From positions 74,338,001-74,402,000 of the forward strand of contig NC_043004.1 of NCBI RefSeq assembly GCF_006345805.1: a stretch of DNA of 64,000 nt, read 5' to 3'. The notes below the pieces were generated by a model, which made no database searches, was not told the DNA's origin, and saw only the letters and a list, made by a program, of their open reading frames with translations. A program made the position numbers and the translations under genes. Positions 1 through 11,185 of the stretch are shown in pieces. Position 1 is the first letter of the stretch, and every line of letters starts with the position of its first letter. The DNA is from Octopus sinensis (lineage: Eukaryota).

Positions 1-99
1 TTGGCCGCTTGGTCACAAGCATCTTGGCTATGACAGCCAGTCCATTCATACTGAATACTTGGTGAAATTGATTAGTGACTAATTGACTTTGCCCTCAAT

Positions 100-181
100 T
101 GTTGATATATGTATATGTGTGTGTATATATATGTGGGTGTATGTGTATATGGACTTGTATGTATATGTGTGTGTATGTATG

Positions 182-280
<99 letters not shown>

Positions 281-493
281 GCATATATATGTATGTATAT
301 GTATATGTATATGTATGTGTGTGTGTATATGTATATATGTGTATATATATGAGTGTACGCGAGTATGTCGATGTATATGTAGGTATGTAGAGTTATGTGT
401 ATGTGCAGGTATGTGAGTGTAGATACAAATTGTAGATGTGTATATATGTGTGTGTGTGTATATATACACGTATATGGGTATGTGTATATGTAG

Positions 494-526
<33 letters not shown>

Positions 527-648
527 TATGTATATGCGAGTATGTAGAGATATAAGTATGTGCATGTGTATATGTATATGTGTGTATATATATGTATGGG
601 TATGTGTATGTGTATGTATGTATATATATATATATTATATATTATATA
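100..648. repeat. Complex (TA/TG/TATG)n microsatellite field
   Basis: Direct reading of the sequence; it accounts for the overlapping YI/CV/HT-rich ORFs. Confidence 0.95.
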
Positions 649-1513
649 TGGTAAGGATAAGAATAAATTTAGTCCTTTAATTAACAACGGTACTGTTAGA
701 GTGGGATATAGCATTACTCATAATCTAGCCACCATTATCTCCTCTTTTAATAACAAGAAACTGGATCACTTCTATAAGGATAGAAAATTGAATTTAGACC
801 AGGAAAACTTGCCCCTCTTCATTAATAATAGGAATAGAAACTTTCTTGGAACAAATGGGAACAACCTCCTTACTAATAATGAGTGCACCATACCTGTCAG
901 AGATAATATAAATGAAATAGATCATACTACTACTACCAATACTAGTACTAGTGATAGGAATATAGCCGATAATGTGAAATTAACTCATTCGTTGATTTTG
1001 GGTTTGGATGATGATAACAATTGTAACACTTATAATGTGAATAGTAGTATAGGGGTGTTGTCCAATTTTAGATTTCCTCATTCTGTTAATCTTTGTAATT
1101 GCAGAAATAAAAATAAATGTGTATTTGGTAATCAATGCCTCAGGAAGGAGGTAGTTTACCAATGCACTGTAGATACACAATTGAGTAGTAGGGTGTATAT
1201 CGGGGCAACTATGAATAGCATAAAACAAAGATGGAATTATCACAGATATACTTTTAGGAATAAAAATAGAATGTACTCTACAGGGCTAAGTGCATACATT
1301 TGGGAGCTTAAAAATAAGAACTTAGATTTTAGATTAAACTGGAAAATACTAACTTCAGCACCTGTGTATAATGGAAAAAATAAAAAATGCTCTCTATGTA
1401 TTAATGAAATTTTCTTCATTATTAAAGCGGGTCGGCAAATTATTAACAACATTAATGAAAAAAACTTCTTTTGTATTCATAGGCTACCGTTCACCTTTTC
1501 TAGATTCAAATAG
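649..1513 (+). CDS. 3' part of a Penelope-like element ORF: linker plus GIY-YIG endonuclease, no RT (5'-truncated, frame open)
   Basis: ORF 560..1513. [20 protein letters not shown] matches the PLE post-RT motif (T-V-K-x-SYS..N...II..HN). It is followed by [17 protein letters not shown]...[41 protein letters not shown] and CIHR, the GIY-YIG layout of YRDDG-type PLEs (probably Hydra clade, inference). Confidence 0.88.
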
Positions 1514-3230
1514 AACTTAGCACTTCCACTATTATTAATTTTTTTAACTCCCTTCTTTAACTAAATATACCTGTGGTCTTCTATAATTTCTAAAGTATAC
1601 AATTTATATATTTTATAATTTTATAATTTTTATAGCTACATTTGTATAATAATTAATGGATGTGTCTAGTATTAGTGGTTTCTTGTTTTTTGTATGTGGG
1701 TTTTTGTTTGTTTTTTAAGAGAATTGCAATATGACATAAAATAACATATTCATTTTGGTACTTGCCTTGTAATGTGTGATTTTTGAAGTTTTCCAATATT
1801 GCATAGTATATTGCATAGTATATATATATATCTTGGGTAGATACCTAGCTCTGGATAATGTAATGATATTGTATAATATGTAATATATGAGAGCCTTTTG
1901 TGAGTTTGGTGGGTTTAGGTTGAGATTATAGGTTTTTTGTATGTGTTTATTTGGAAGGTTTTTATTGTATATTTGGTCTTTTTGTACTCACCTTAATTTG
2001 TATCTTATGCTATTCACTGATAAACCTTTTTCATTTTTTTCATTTTCTCATTTACATGCATTATGCTTTATAATTATTACCAGCCTCATATATTTAGTTT
2101 ATATCTATAGTCTTCTGGATCTGTACTTTAAACTATCCTTCCATACATATTTACTTTCAACAATATAACATATATATTCACTCTATTTATTATTTTTTAT
2201 TTATTTCCCATTTTATTGTAATATTATCAATTTTTGCATCTAGTCTTCTATTTATTTATTTATTTGCCTATTTAAGTGTAGATGTTTACATACATATCAA
2301 GTCATCTAATTTGCTACCTATTTATTTTTTACTTTTTTACTTATACTGGGGTAGTTTTATACATACATATCTATCATTTATTTTTATTTAATTTTAATAA
2401 TATATGAATACATATATACTGGTTTGTACTTATAATTATGTGTATAACCGTATTTATTCCTTCGTATTTATTCCTTCTTATTTATTTTATCTCTTTTCAT
2501 CTTAAGTCTTTATAATATAAAATTTTTTAAAATTTCTGTGATGTTCTCATAAGCGTTTACATTAATACTTCCCCTTCTATTCTTTAATGCCTAAACTGGT
2601 ATATTATGGCACTATATTTATTAAGTTAATAAGTGACTTATTTATAATATTTAAATTAATATATATTTTATATTTTATATTTTATAATTTAGCGTACTTA
2701 AAACCATAACAAACTTACGATAAATCTAACAACCGTATGTTTACTCTGCAACAAACCGGTGTTATAAATTTTAAGTTACCCATGAAATAAGTATCTGACT
2801 TAGTAACATACTGATATTTAAAAATATATTTATATCTAAATTAAATATTTTATGGAATGCATGGATGGTTCTTCTTTTATTATTGAGGCACAATTATAAT
2901 TTTAAAGGACTAAATTGTAGCATAGTTGCTTCCCTTTTTGTTTATCTATGTGCTAGTTGTTGCTTGTAATTATGTATGTGTATAAATGTATGCATATACA
3001 TATTACTATGTGTGTATGTGCGATTGATCTGTAGATGCGTGTGTGAATATTGGCGTTCCCTGACTAACCAACCGTATAATTTTCTTTTGTGATTTAAATT
3101 TCAAACCAATAGCCAATCGAATTAATCTATATTTTCTTTACCTAGTGGTCAGCATTTCTTAACTCATAGTTATTTCGATCTTGTAAGGATGGACTTGGTG
3201 CTAACTTAACTGTATCTATTTTTTATTATA

Positions 3231-3288
<58 letters not shown>

Positions 3289-3939
3289 AGTAATTTTTAT
3301 TAACTTTTATAGCTTTAGAATCTTATGAACTGTACCACGGATTTAATTATTATTTTTCATCTCCATATATGTTAGCCTTTTTTTTATGTATATAAAAAAA
3401 ACTATTAGCCAAATATGTATAATATCGGTACTTATTGATATTAATATATACACTATTATATATTTTGTTTTATTTTGTTCTGTTTACCTTCCTTTTTTGT
3501 ACAAATGTGTATTATATTATATAAGTGTAGCTTTATGATGTATAAGTTTTTATATTTTACATTTTTATATTTTTATATTTATATGTATATGATTGTATAA
3601 TATTTTTCACTATTATAACAAATTTAATTTAATTCTCTGAAGAGGCCGTGGGGCATCCTTGTTAATGCCTCATTTATACCTGCCTTTATGGCTTATAGGT
3701 TAAATGAGGTATGACTGTCCTCACTGCCGAAACAGCTGTCAGTTTTGATTTATTTGCATATTATATTTGAAAATTTTTACTTATATCTCTTTATCTTTTT
3801 ACTATTACTGTATATCTCATTTCATTTTATGTATTGCCTTTACTCATATGTAATGGTGTATTAAAGTATGGATTGAGTATCATCGGATAGTTGATGTTTT
3901 ACTGATTTAAGTATATTTCTCCATTCTCTAATTTTGTAG

Positions 3940-3940
<1 letters not shown>
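1514..3940 (+). mobile_element. AT-rich PLE 3' region and pLTR
   Basis: Follows the GIY-YIG stop and contains an HHR at 3637. The post-HHR segment (3800-3940) is homologous to 44290-44400, which follows the related HHR at 44061. Confidence 0.6.
3631..3746 (+). ncRNA. Type I hammerhead ribozyme, extended stem II
   Basis: CTGAAGA 3637-3643; GGC/GCC stem II with inner helices GTGGGG/CCTCAC and ATGCCTCATTTA/TAAATGAGGTAT; GAAA 3729-3732; palindromic CAGCTG; TC cleavage site at 3740. Stem I is weak (2 bp adjacent to the core). Confidence 0.75.
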
Positions 3941-3978
<38 letters not shown>

Positions 3979-4317
3979 GTATGCATATACGTATGTATGT
4001 ATGTATGTATATGTGTATGTATATATGTGTGTAAGTGTGTGTATATATGTAAATGTAAGTGTGTCTGCTTGTATGAGAATGTATGTATGTTTGCACACAT
4101 GTATATATGTGTGTGTATGTGTATATGTATATGTATATGTGTATATGTGTGTGTATATGTATGTATATGTGTATGTATGTGTGTATGTATGTGTGTGTGT
4201 GTGTGTATATATATGTGTATGTATGTGTGTGTATATATATATGTATATATATATATGTGTATATGTATATGTATATATATATATATATAAATATATATAT
4301 GTATGTGTATGTGTATG

Positions 4318-4362
<45 letters not shown>

Positions 4363-4619
4363 ATACATGTGTGTATGTGTAAGTATGTATGTATATATAT
4401 GCGTGTGTATGTGTATGTGTATATGTACATATGCGCGTACGCTCGTGTGTTTATGCATATGTAGGTACGTAGAGTTATCTATGTGTGTATTTATATGTAC
4501 ATGTGTGTAAGTATGTATATATATGTATATATGTATGTGTATGTGTGTGTGTGTATATATGTAGATGTATATGTATGTATATATGTATGTGTATGTGTAT
4601 GTGTATATATATATGTATG

Positions 4620-4688
<69 letters not shown>

Positions 4689-5092
4689 AAGTTTATATGT
4701 ATGTATCCGTCTATATAATAGGTAACTGCACGTACATATACTTAATATTTATTATTTATTTTTTGAGTATGCATGTACGAATAACTGCGCGTATATATAT
4801 TTTACTATTTACTTATTTTTTGAGTATGCATGTAAGTATGAATATAAGGAGGCGCGTGTGTGTGTGTGTGTATGTGTAAGCATAGATATATGTATACTTT
4901 TACGCATGTGTGTACTTATGTGTATATATGGATGCGCGCGTGTGTGTGTGTGTGTATGGGTACGCATGTACATGTGTATGTGCGTGTAGTGTATATATAT
5001 GTATATGTGTGTGTATGCGTATGTGTGTGTATATATATGTGTGTGTGTATATATGTGTATGTATATATATATGTGAATATATATATGTATAT

Positions 5093-5148
<56 letters not shown>

Positions 5149-5960
5149 ATTTGTATGTAGGTGTATATGTATGTGTGTGTATTTATATTTATTGGTGTAT
5201 ATATATTGACTAGCCTTCTAAGAGTGTAGACATAAATCTGTAGGTACGCGTATGGATGTGTATATACGTGAATGCATGTAGATGGATGTATGTATGAATA
5301 TAACGCGTGCGTGCGTGTATGTGTATGAGTGTACGAATGGGTGAGAGTACGTGCTAAAGAGTGTGCGTGAGTGAATGAGTGCTTGTTTTCCAGTAGACAG
5401 ATGAATGGACTGGCTGTCATAGCCAAGATGCTTGTGACCAAGCGGCCAAAGATAACATAAGTAATAAACGAAGATAATAAAATTAAAATTAGGGAATGGG
5501 TCTGTATTAGTATGTGTATATATATGTGTGTATGTGTAGGTTTGCATAGGTACACATATGTATATGTATACATGTATGTATATGTATGTATGTGTGTGTA
5601 TATGTGTGTGTATGTGTATATATGTGTATATAGGGACTAGTGTGCTGTGTGTGCATGTGTGTGTGTGGATATGTGTGTGTATGCGTGTATGTGAGTATGT
5701 GTGTGTATGTGTATATATATTTTTCTGTGCGTATATGTATGTGAGGTCGTGTGTGTATATATACATGTGTGTATACGTGTATGCATGTGAGTGTGTGTGT
5801 GTATACATATATGTGTATGTGTAGATATGTATATGCATGTGTATGTGTAAGTGTATATATATGTATATATATGTGTGTGTATGTATGTGTGTATGTATGT
5901 GTGTATGTATGTGTATATATGTTTGCATGTGTGTGTATGTATGTATACATGTGTGCATAG
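3940..5960. repeat. Large complex TA/TG microsatellite field
   Basis: Direct reading of the sequence. Confidence 0.95.
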
Positions 5961-6233
5961 GTATAAGTGAGAATCTCCTTATTTACCTAAAACTCTATCC
6001 CCCCTTTTTTTATATATAGGTTTTTTTGTGTTTTTTTTTATATATAGGTTTTTTTTTATTTTATTTTTTTATTTTTATTTTTTTATTTATTCTTCTATCT
6101 AATTTAACACTGACTCCTTGACCACTCTCCCAAGTATGATATTTTGAACTATGCCTACCCCCAAAAAAGTCCCCCACCAACACCTCGTTAAACCTGCCTA
6201 AATGTATAAATGCCAATACAATTCTTGTTAACT

Positions 6234-6284
6234 AGCTTCCTGAAGATTTCTCTTGAATGAAACAGTTCTAGTCCTGTAGAAGCT
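6234..6284 (+). ncRNA. Compact type I hammerhead ribozyme motif in a pLTR-like repeat
   Basis: Stem I AGCTTC/GAAGCT; CTGAAGA 6240-6246; stem II TTTC-TCTT-GAAT (first pair U.U); GAAA 6259-6262; stem III ACAG/CTGT; cleavage triplet GUA (6276-6278). Confidence 0.7.
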
Positions 6285-6367
6285 CCTTCTATATAATAAA
6301 TTAATTTTACTCTGCTATGTATTGAGTACCTTATTTACTGTGGTTAACCCCGAATCAACCCGGGACC

Positions 6368-6398
<31 letters not shown>

Positions 6399-7317
6399 GG
6401 GGGTGGGTAGGATTAGGGGTGGGAGAAAAGTGTTTCTGTTATCTTCAGAAATGTAAACAAAGTCACGTGTGTACTTATACCGAAGGATCGTATAGAAACT
6501 ATTATTTCACTTCAATGGTGTTGGGTAATGTATTGGTATTGATATTAATAACTTCACCACACACACATTCAACTCCATAATAATAATAACAACAACATAT
6601 TAAAGATGGTGCTATGGCCTTTTCTTTGATAATATCTTTCTTGCTTATTTAATTTCAGTTCAATGCACACTTGCCTTGAACCAACCATTTCTCTTTGTGT
6701 GTGTGTTTAGAACAAGTAGTTTTTTTAGTTTTTTCCGGCCCGGGTCAAACACTATAGTTTAAAGGCCATGGACTGAAAATGCGAGTTTAACCTTCTGGAT
6801 TAGGACAGAGGAGAGAGAATGAATCTTCGTATATTCACAGACAGGCGGCATGGAATTATAGATGTGAAGGTGTGACGTTCATACATTTCTCAGTGCCATC
6901 AACGGCTTAATTAATGTTAATGCTAATTAACTACAATCGAGCATCGAAGCAAAGTCGCCTAATTATGATCTCCAAGACCTTAGTCGGGGAACTAAAACTG
7001 TAAATAGCATCGCTGTCAGAAATATGTAAACCATAATTGATTCGGGATCATACAGTAAAAAGCATTAAAGAAATATACCTTTACGGAATGAAGGGTCCAT
7101 CGTTGACTGGTGGGTGTGAAGAGACGGCGACATAAAATATTTACACCACAAACCATCGGCATGGTTGTTGACAGGCATAACCGGTGTTTACTAAAGAACA
7201 GTCCCCCTTGTAATAAAACTCCTAATTAAATATAAGCGTACGACATGTAATTCTGTGGTGGGAGGGGTTAGTCGCCTGCATCGAACCCAGTGCTCAACTA
7301 GTACTTAGGGATCATAT

Positions 7318-8468
7318 AAGGCGGCAAGCTGGCAGAATCGTTAGCACGCCGGGTAAAATGCATAGCAGTATTTCGTCTGCTGTTACGTTCTGAGTTGAAA
7401 TTCCGCCAAGGTCGACTTTGCCTTTCATCCCTTCGGGGTCGATTAAATAAGTACCAGTTACGCACTGGAGTCGATATAATCGACTTAATCCGTTTGCCTG
7501 TCCTTGTTTGTCCCCTCTGTGTTTAGCCCTTTGTGAGTAGTAAAGAAATAGGTATTTCGTCTGTCTTTACGTTCTGACTTCAAATTCCGCCGAGGTCGAC
7601 TTTGCCTTTCATCCTTTCGGAGTCAATTAAATAAGTACCAGTTACGCACTGGAGTCGATATAATCGACTTAATCCGTTTGCCTGTCCTTGTTTGTCCCCT
7701 CTGTGTTTAGCCCTTTGTGAGTAGTAAAGAAATAGGTATTTCGTCTGTCTTTACGTTCTGACTTCAAATTCCGCCGAGGTCGACTTTGCCTTTCATCCTT
7801 TCGGAGTCAATTAAATAAGTACCAGTTACGCACTGGAGTCGATATAATCGACTTAATCCGTTTGCCTGTCCTTGTTTGTCCCCTCTGTGTTTAGCCCTTT
7901 GTGAGTAGTAAAGAAATAGGTATTTCGTCTGTCTTTACGTTCTGACTTCAAATTCCGCCGAGGTCGACTTTGCCTTTCATCCTTTCGGAGTCAATTAAAT
8001 AAGTACCAGTTACGCACTGGAGTCGATATAATCGACTTAATCCGTTTGCCTGTCCTTGTTTGTCCCCTCTGTGTTTAGCCCTTTGTGAGTAGTAAAGAAA
8101 TAGGTATTTCGTCTGTCTTTACGTTCTGACTTCAAATTCCGCCGAGGTCGACTTTGCCTTTCATCCTTTCGGAGTCAATTAAATAAGTACCAGTTACGCA
8201 CTGGAGTCGATATAATCGACTTAATCCGTTTGCCTGTCCTTGTTTGTCCCCTCTGTGTTTAGCCCTTTGTGAGTAGTAAAGAAATAGGTATTTCGTCTGT
8301 CTTTACGTTCTGACTTCAAATTCCGCCGAGGTCGACTTTGCCTTTCATCCTTTCGGAGTCAATTAAATAAGTACCAGTTACGCACTGGAGTCGATATAAT
8401 CGACTTAATCCGTTTGTTTGTCCTTGTTTGTCCCCTCTGTGTTTAGCCCTTTGTGGGTAATAAAGAAA
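7318..8468 (+). mobile_element. tRNA-derived SINE (family 1): one head plus a tandem array of 184-bp body units
   Basis: Head GGCGGCAAGCTGGCAGAATCGTTAGC; GGTATTTCGTCTG recurs at 7551, 7735, 7919, 8103 and 8287 (exact 184-bp period), with near-identical units. Confidence 0.92.
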
Positions 8469-8475
8469 AAGTACT

Positions 8476-8705
8476 TATGGATCTTGCTAAAATTTTTCCA
8501 ACGACTTGAAGTAATTCAAATCTCACCAAATTATTTTCAAACAAATGTAGTTTTTGAATGCTAGTGACGAAAATCAGGTACTTATTTTTTTCTAGGAACT
8601 TAATAATAAAGAAATTGCATCAGTGTAGAAAGTTTGAAAAAACTAAAAGCTGGAGAAAATTTGAAATACTTTAAAATTGTTGGAAGGATTTTAACAAGAT
8701 TCGTA
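8476..8705. mobile_element. MITE with ~55-bp imperfect TIRs and TA ends
   Basis: TATGGATCTTGCTAAAATTTTTCCAAC... pairs with ...GTTGGAAGGATTTTAACAAGATTCGTA; TACTTA is present on both sides. Confidence 0.65.
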
Positions 8706-8879
8706 CTTATTTTATCGATCCCGACAAGGTTTGAACTCTGAATGTAAAGAGCCTGAAGCTTCTTGTCCGCCAACAAGGTTAATCGATGTTATTTTTGCTG
8801 AGTGAGTTCTGCTCAAGAAGATCTATAGCACCAAACTAACTGATCGAATGTCTGTTTATGACCCTCAAATACACCAACT

Positions 8880-9290
8880 CCTTGCCATGTCGATCAACAC
8901 ATCATTCTTTTCTTCGTGTTTTCCTAGAATAGTATATCTCGCACTACATAACCTAATGAGCCCCTTTTTAAGACGGTAGGGGGAAATTGAACTGCTATTT
9001 CTAGCATGTCAATCAACCTCGTAAATGCTTCCTTCTAGATCTGCATAGTTTTATTTAATTCTCTTCAGTTCCACCAAAGTCAGCCTTTTCCTTTATTTTT
9101 TCAAAACTTCATTAAGTTTATTGGAGTTATCTCCCTTACATGGTTTTTTTCCCTCTTTTTCAGAAATTTAACCCCCGCCTTCGAAGGATTCTGTCTACAA
9201 TTGTATGGATAAGTTCATTTAATCTTGGTTTTTGTCAATTCACTATATTAGATACGTGAGGTCCCAGTGTATAGCAGAATTGACTTCCAC
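8880..9290 (-). mobile_element. Possible heavily decayed PLE GIY-YIG fragment
   Basis: Manual translation gives weak matches (YNCRQNP, DFGGTEEN, SPYRLKKGLIRLC) in the expected order, with many stops. Confidence 0.3.
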
Positions 9291-9489
9291 AATATATTCG
9301 TCTCTTTTTTTCTGAAGGGTAAAAGTTAGTGTGAAGGACATTTGACTGCTATTACTTGCATGTCAGTGACACAGATTTCAGTACTGTTGTTGTTGCTGCT
9401 TAGATTTTACTCAGTCCTGACCAAACAGACGTATAACGAAAGGAATTCTAGCCATGACCATCCCGTCCTTTTGTATATTTAAAACAATA

Positions 9490-9822
9490 TTATGAAAGTC
9501 TCTTGTCACTGAAATGGTGTCTAAAGCAAATATTATGAAAAATATCCCTTTTTAGGACCGTGGGATATGAATTGAGTGAGCTTGTGGGTGCTATTTCTAA
9601 CATGTTGAATGACCGCGTAGTTTCCATTGTTAGGCCATACACTAATTTGCTGCTGCTGCTGCTTAACCCTGCTAGAGAAAATTTAGGATCAAAGACGTTC
9701 CAGCCCTGACTATCCCTTACATCTCTGAAGAAGGACGACATTATCCCAAGTTTATCCTTCTTCCCTTTTTTTTTAAGATGTTGGATGTGATTTAAGGGAG
9801 ATTTAGCTGCTATTTCATTCAT
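9490..9822 (-). CDS. Candidate terminal coding exon of an unidentified host gene
   Basis: 110 open codons in non-repetitive sequence, immediately preceded by TTCATTTGTCGATCTCAG (acceptor-like). No family recognised. Confidence 0.25.
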   Translation of the reverse strand: MNEIAAKSPLNHIQHLKKKGKKDKLGIMSSFFRDVRDSQGWNVFDPKFSLAGLSSSSSKLVYGLTMETTRSFNMLEIAPTSSLNSYPTVLKRDIFHNICFRHHFSDKRLS

Positions 9823-9848
9823 CTGAGATCGACAAATGAAGCATTAAT

Positions 9849-10651
9849 AATATTCGGCGACCAATGCGGTGCGGCACCTCACCTTCAAAAATGCATTTCT
9901 TTTTGAAGAAATTTCTTTGAATTCGTACGTTTTAGATGTTGGAGATTACGATATGTGAAAAAATAATTTTTTTTCAAAATGTAACCCACCCACCCCAATT
10001 CCACTTTTGAATTTCAAACTTTTTCGAAATGTTTTTTTTTTTTATTTAATCAACATGGCAAAATGCGGGGATTTTAACAATATCAAAACAACAATTTCTA
10101 CAGTTTAGCCAAATGAACATAGAAAGGGATCTTTTTCCTTTGAACGGCAGATCGAGAAATTAATTTTTTGTAATTAAACACTGTCAAACTTCGGACACAG
10201 CTAGAATGTGTCATATAAAATATCTTTTACTCTTAGCGCTTTTGAGAAAAGTTTCTATTTACGAAGTTGTTTCGTGTTAAAGTTGTCGTATTTCGGTAAT
10301 TTCAACCAATCAATGACGTGTATTCAGCCGAATAAAATTACTGCAGTTGGACACTTTCTACCAGTGTCCGAAGTTTGAAAGTGTTTAGTTACAAAAAATT
10401 TAATTTCTGGATCTGCCGTTCAAAAGGGAAAAGGCCCCATAGAAAATGTACTTTACATACCTGCTTTAATGAAATTCCTACACTTCAATATATTTCAATA
10501 CATTCAAAATTGATGGTGGGGGGTAACATTTTGATTTTTTTTTTTTTTTTTGCATATTCGTAATCTCCGACATGTAAGGAATCCGAAGAATTTTTGTTTC
10601 TTGGATGCATTTTTGAAGGTGAGGTGCGAAACTGCATTAACCCCAAATATT
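9849..10651. mobile_element. Foldback-type non-autonomous DNA element with two nested inverted-repeat pairs
   Basis: Outer pair GCACCTCACCTTCAAAAATGCAT / ATGCATTTTTGAAGGTGAGGTGC (~130-bp arms); inner pair TTTGAACGGCAGATC...CAAACTTCGGACAC / GTGTCCGAAGTTTG...GATCTGCCGTTCAAA. Confidence 0.8.
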
Positions 10652-10904
10652 CAGAGGTCAATTCAATTTTTTTTCACCCCCTATAATTTCTTTTATTTAT
10701 TTCTTCACAGTGTTTACCGTTTTACAAAATTAAATTAGAAAACTGGACAAAACAGAGAACACAGCTGAAAAAAATTAAAAACAAAAAGAGAGAAAGAAAA
10801 AAGAAAAAAATTCAATTGTTTTTTGTTTTTCATGAATTTTCTTTAATTAAATAAGAATTCAGTTTTCTCCCTTTCATTAAATCTTTAAACGGCAACGGAC
10901 AATA

Positions 10905-11185
10905 TTTTACTTGTTTCGGCCATTAGAGTGCGGCCATGCTGGGGCACCTCCTCGAAGAATTTTTAGTCGTATAAATCGCCCCCCCCTTCTTCTTCTTCTT
11001 CTTCTTCTTCTTCTTCTTCTTCTTCTTCTTCTTCTTCTTCTTCTTCTTCTTCTTCTTTTGTTTGTTTTTGCTTGGTTCTTTATTCTATCGGTCTCTTTTA
11101 CCGAATCGATAATTTACTGCGAGGTAAACACACCAACATCGGTCGTCAAGCTGTGATGGGGAACAAACGCATACACACATAAATA
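10905..11185 (-). mobile_element. SINE family 3, 3' portion, interrupted by (CTT)n at 10986-11057
   Basis: Reverse complement of GGTGCCCCAGCATGGCCGCA...GAAACAAGT and of ...GAGACCGATAGAATAA; same blocks as 62833-63190. Confidence 0.75.

Noticed and set aside
72-6019. Dozens of long ORFs rich in YI, HT, CV and MY (also at 29.9-31.7 kb, 41.8-42.3 kb, 44.5 kb and 63.2-63.6 kb)
   Set aside because: They are translations of TA/TG/CA microsatellites that lack stops by construction.
6430-6450. Minus-strand CTGAAGA-TAACA-GAAAC
   Set aside because: There is no stem II, stem III or stem I pairing.
6900-6960. Cluster of TAATTA homeodomain-like sites
   Set aside because: Such motifs are expected by chance in AT-rich DNA, and there is no conservation evidence.
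7551-8468. Regular repeat array resembling CRISPR
   Set aside because: Units are contiguous 184-bp SINE bodies with no unique spacers; the context is eukaryotic and has no cas genes.
9724-9765. CTGAAGA followed by a 9-bp hairpin
   Set aside because: No GAAA or UH site follows, and the hairpin sequesters the core.
10911-11156. Poly-leucine ORF resembling a signal or transmembrane segment
   Set aside because: It is the (CTT)n repeat inside a SINE fragment.
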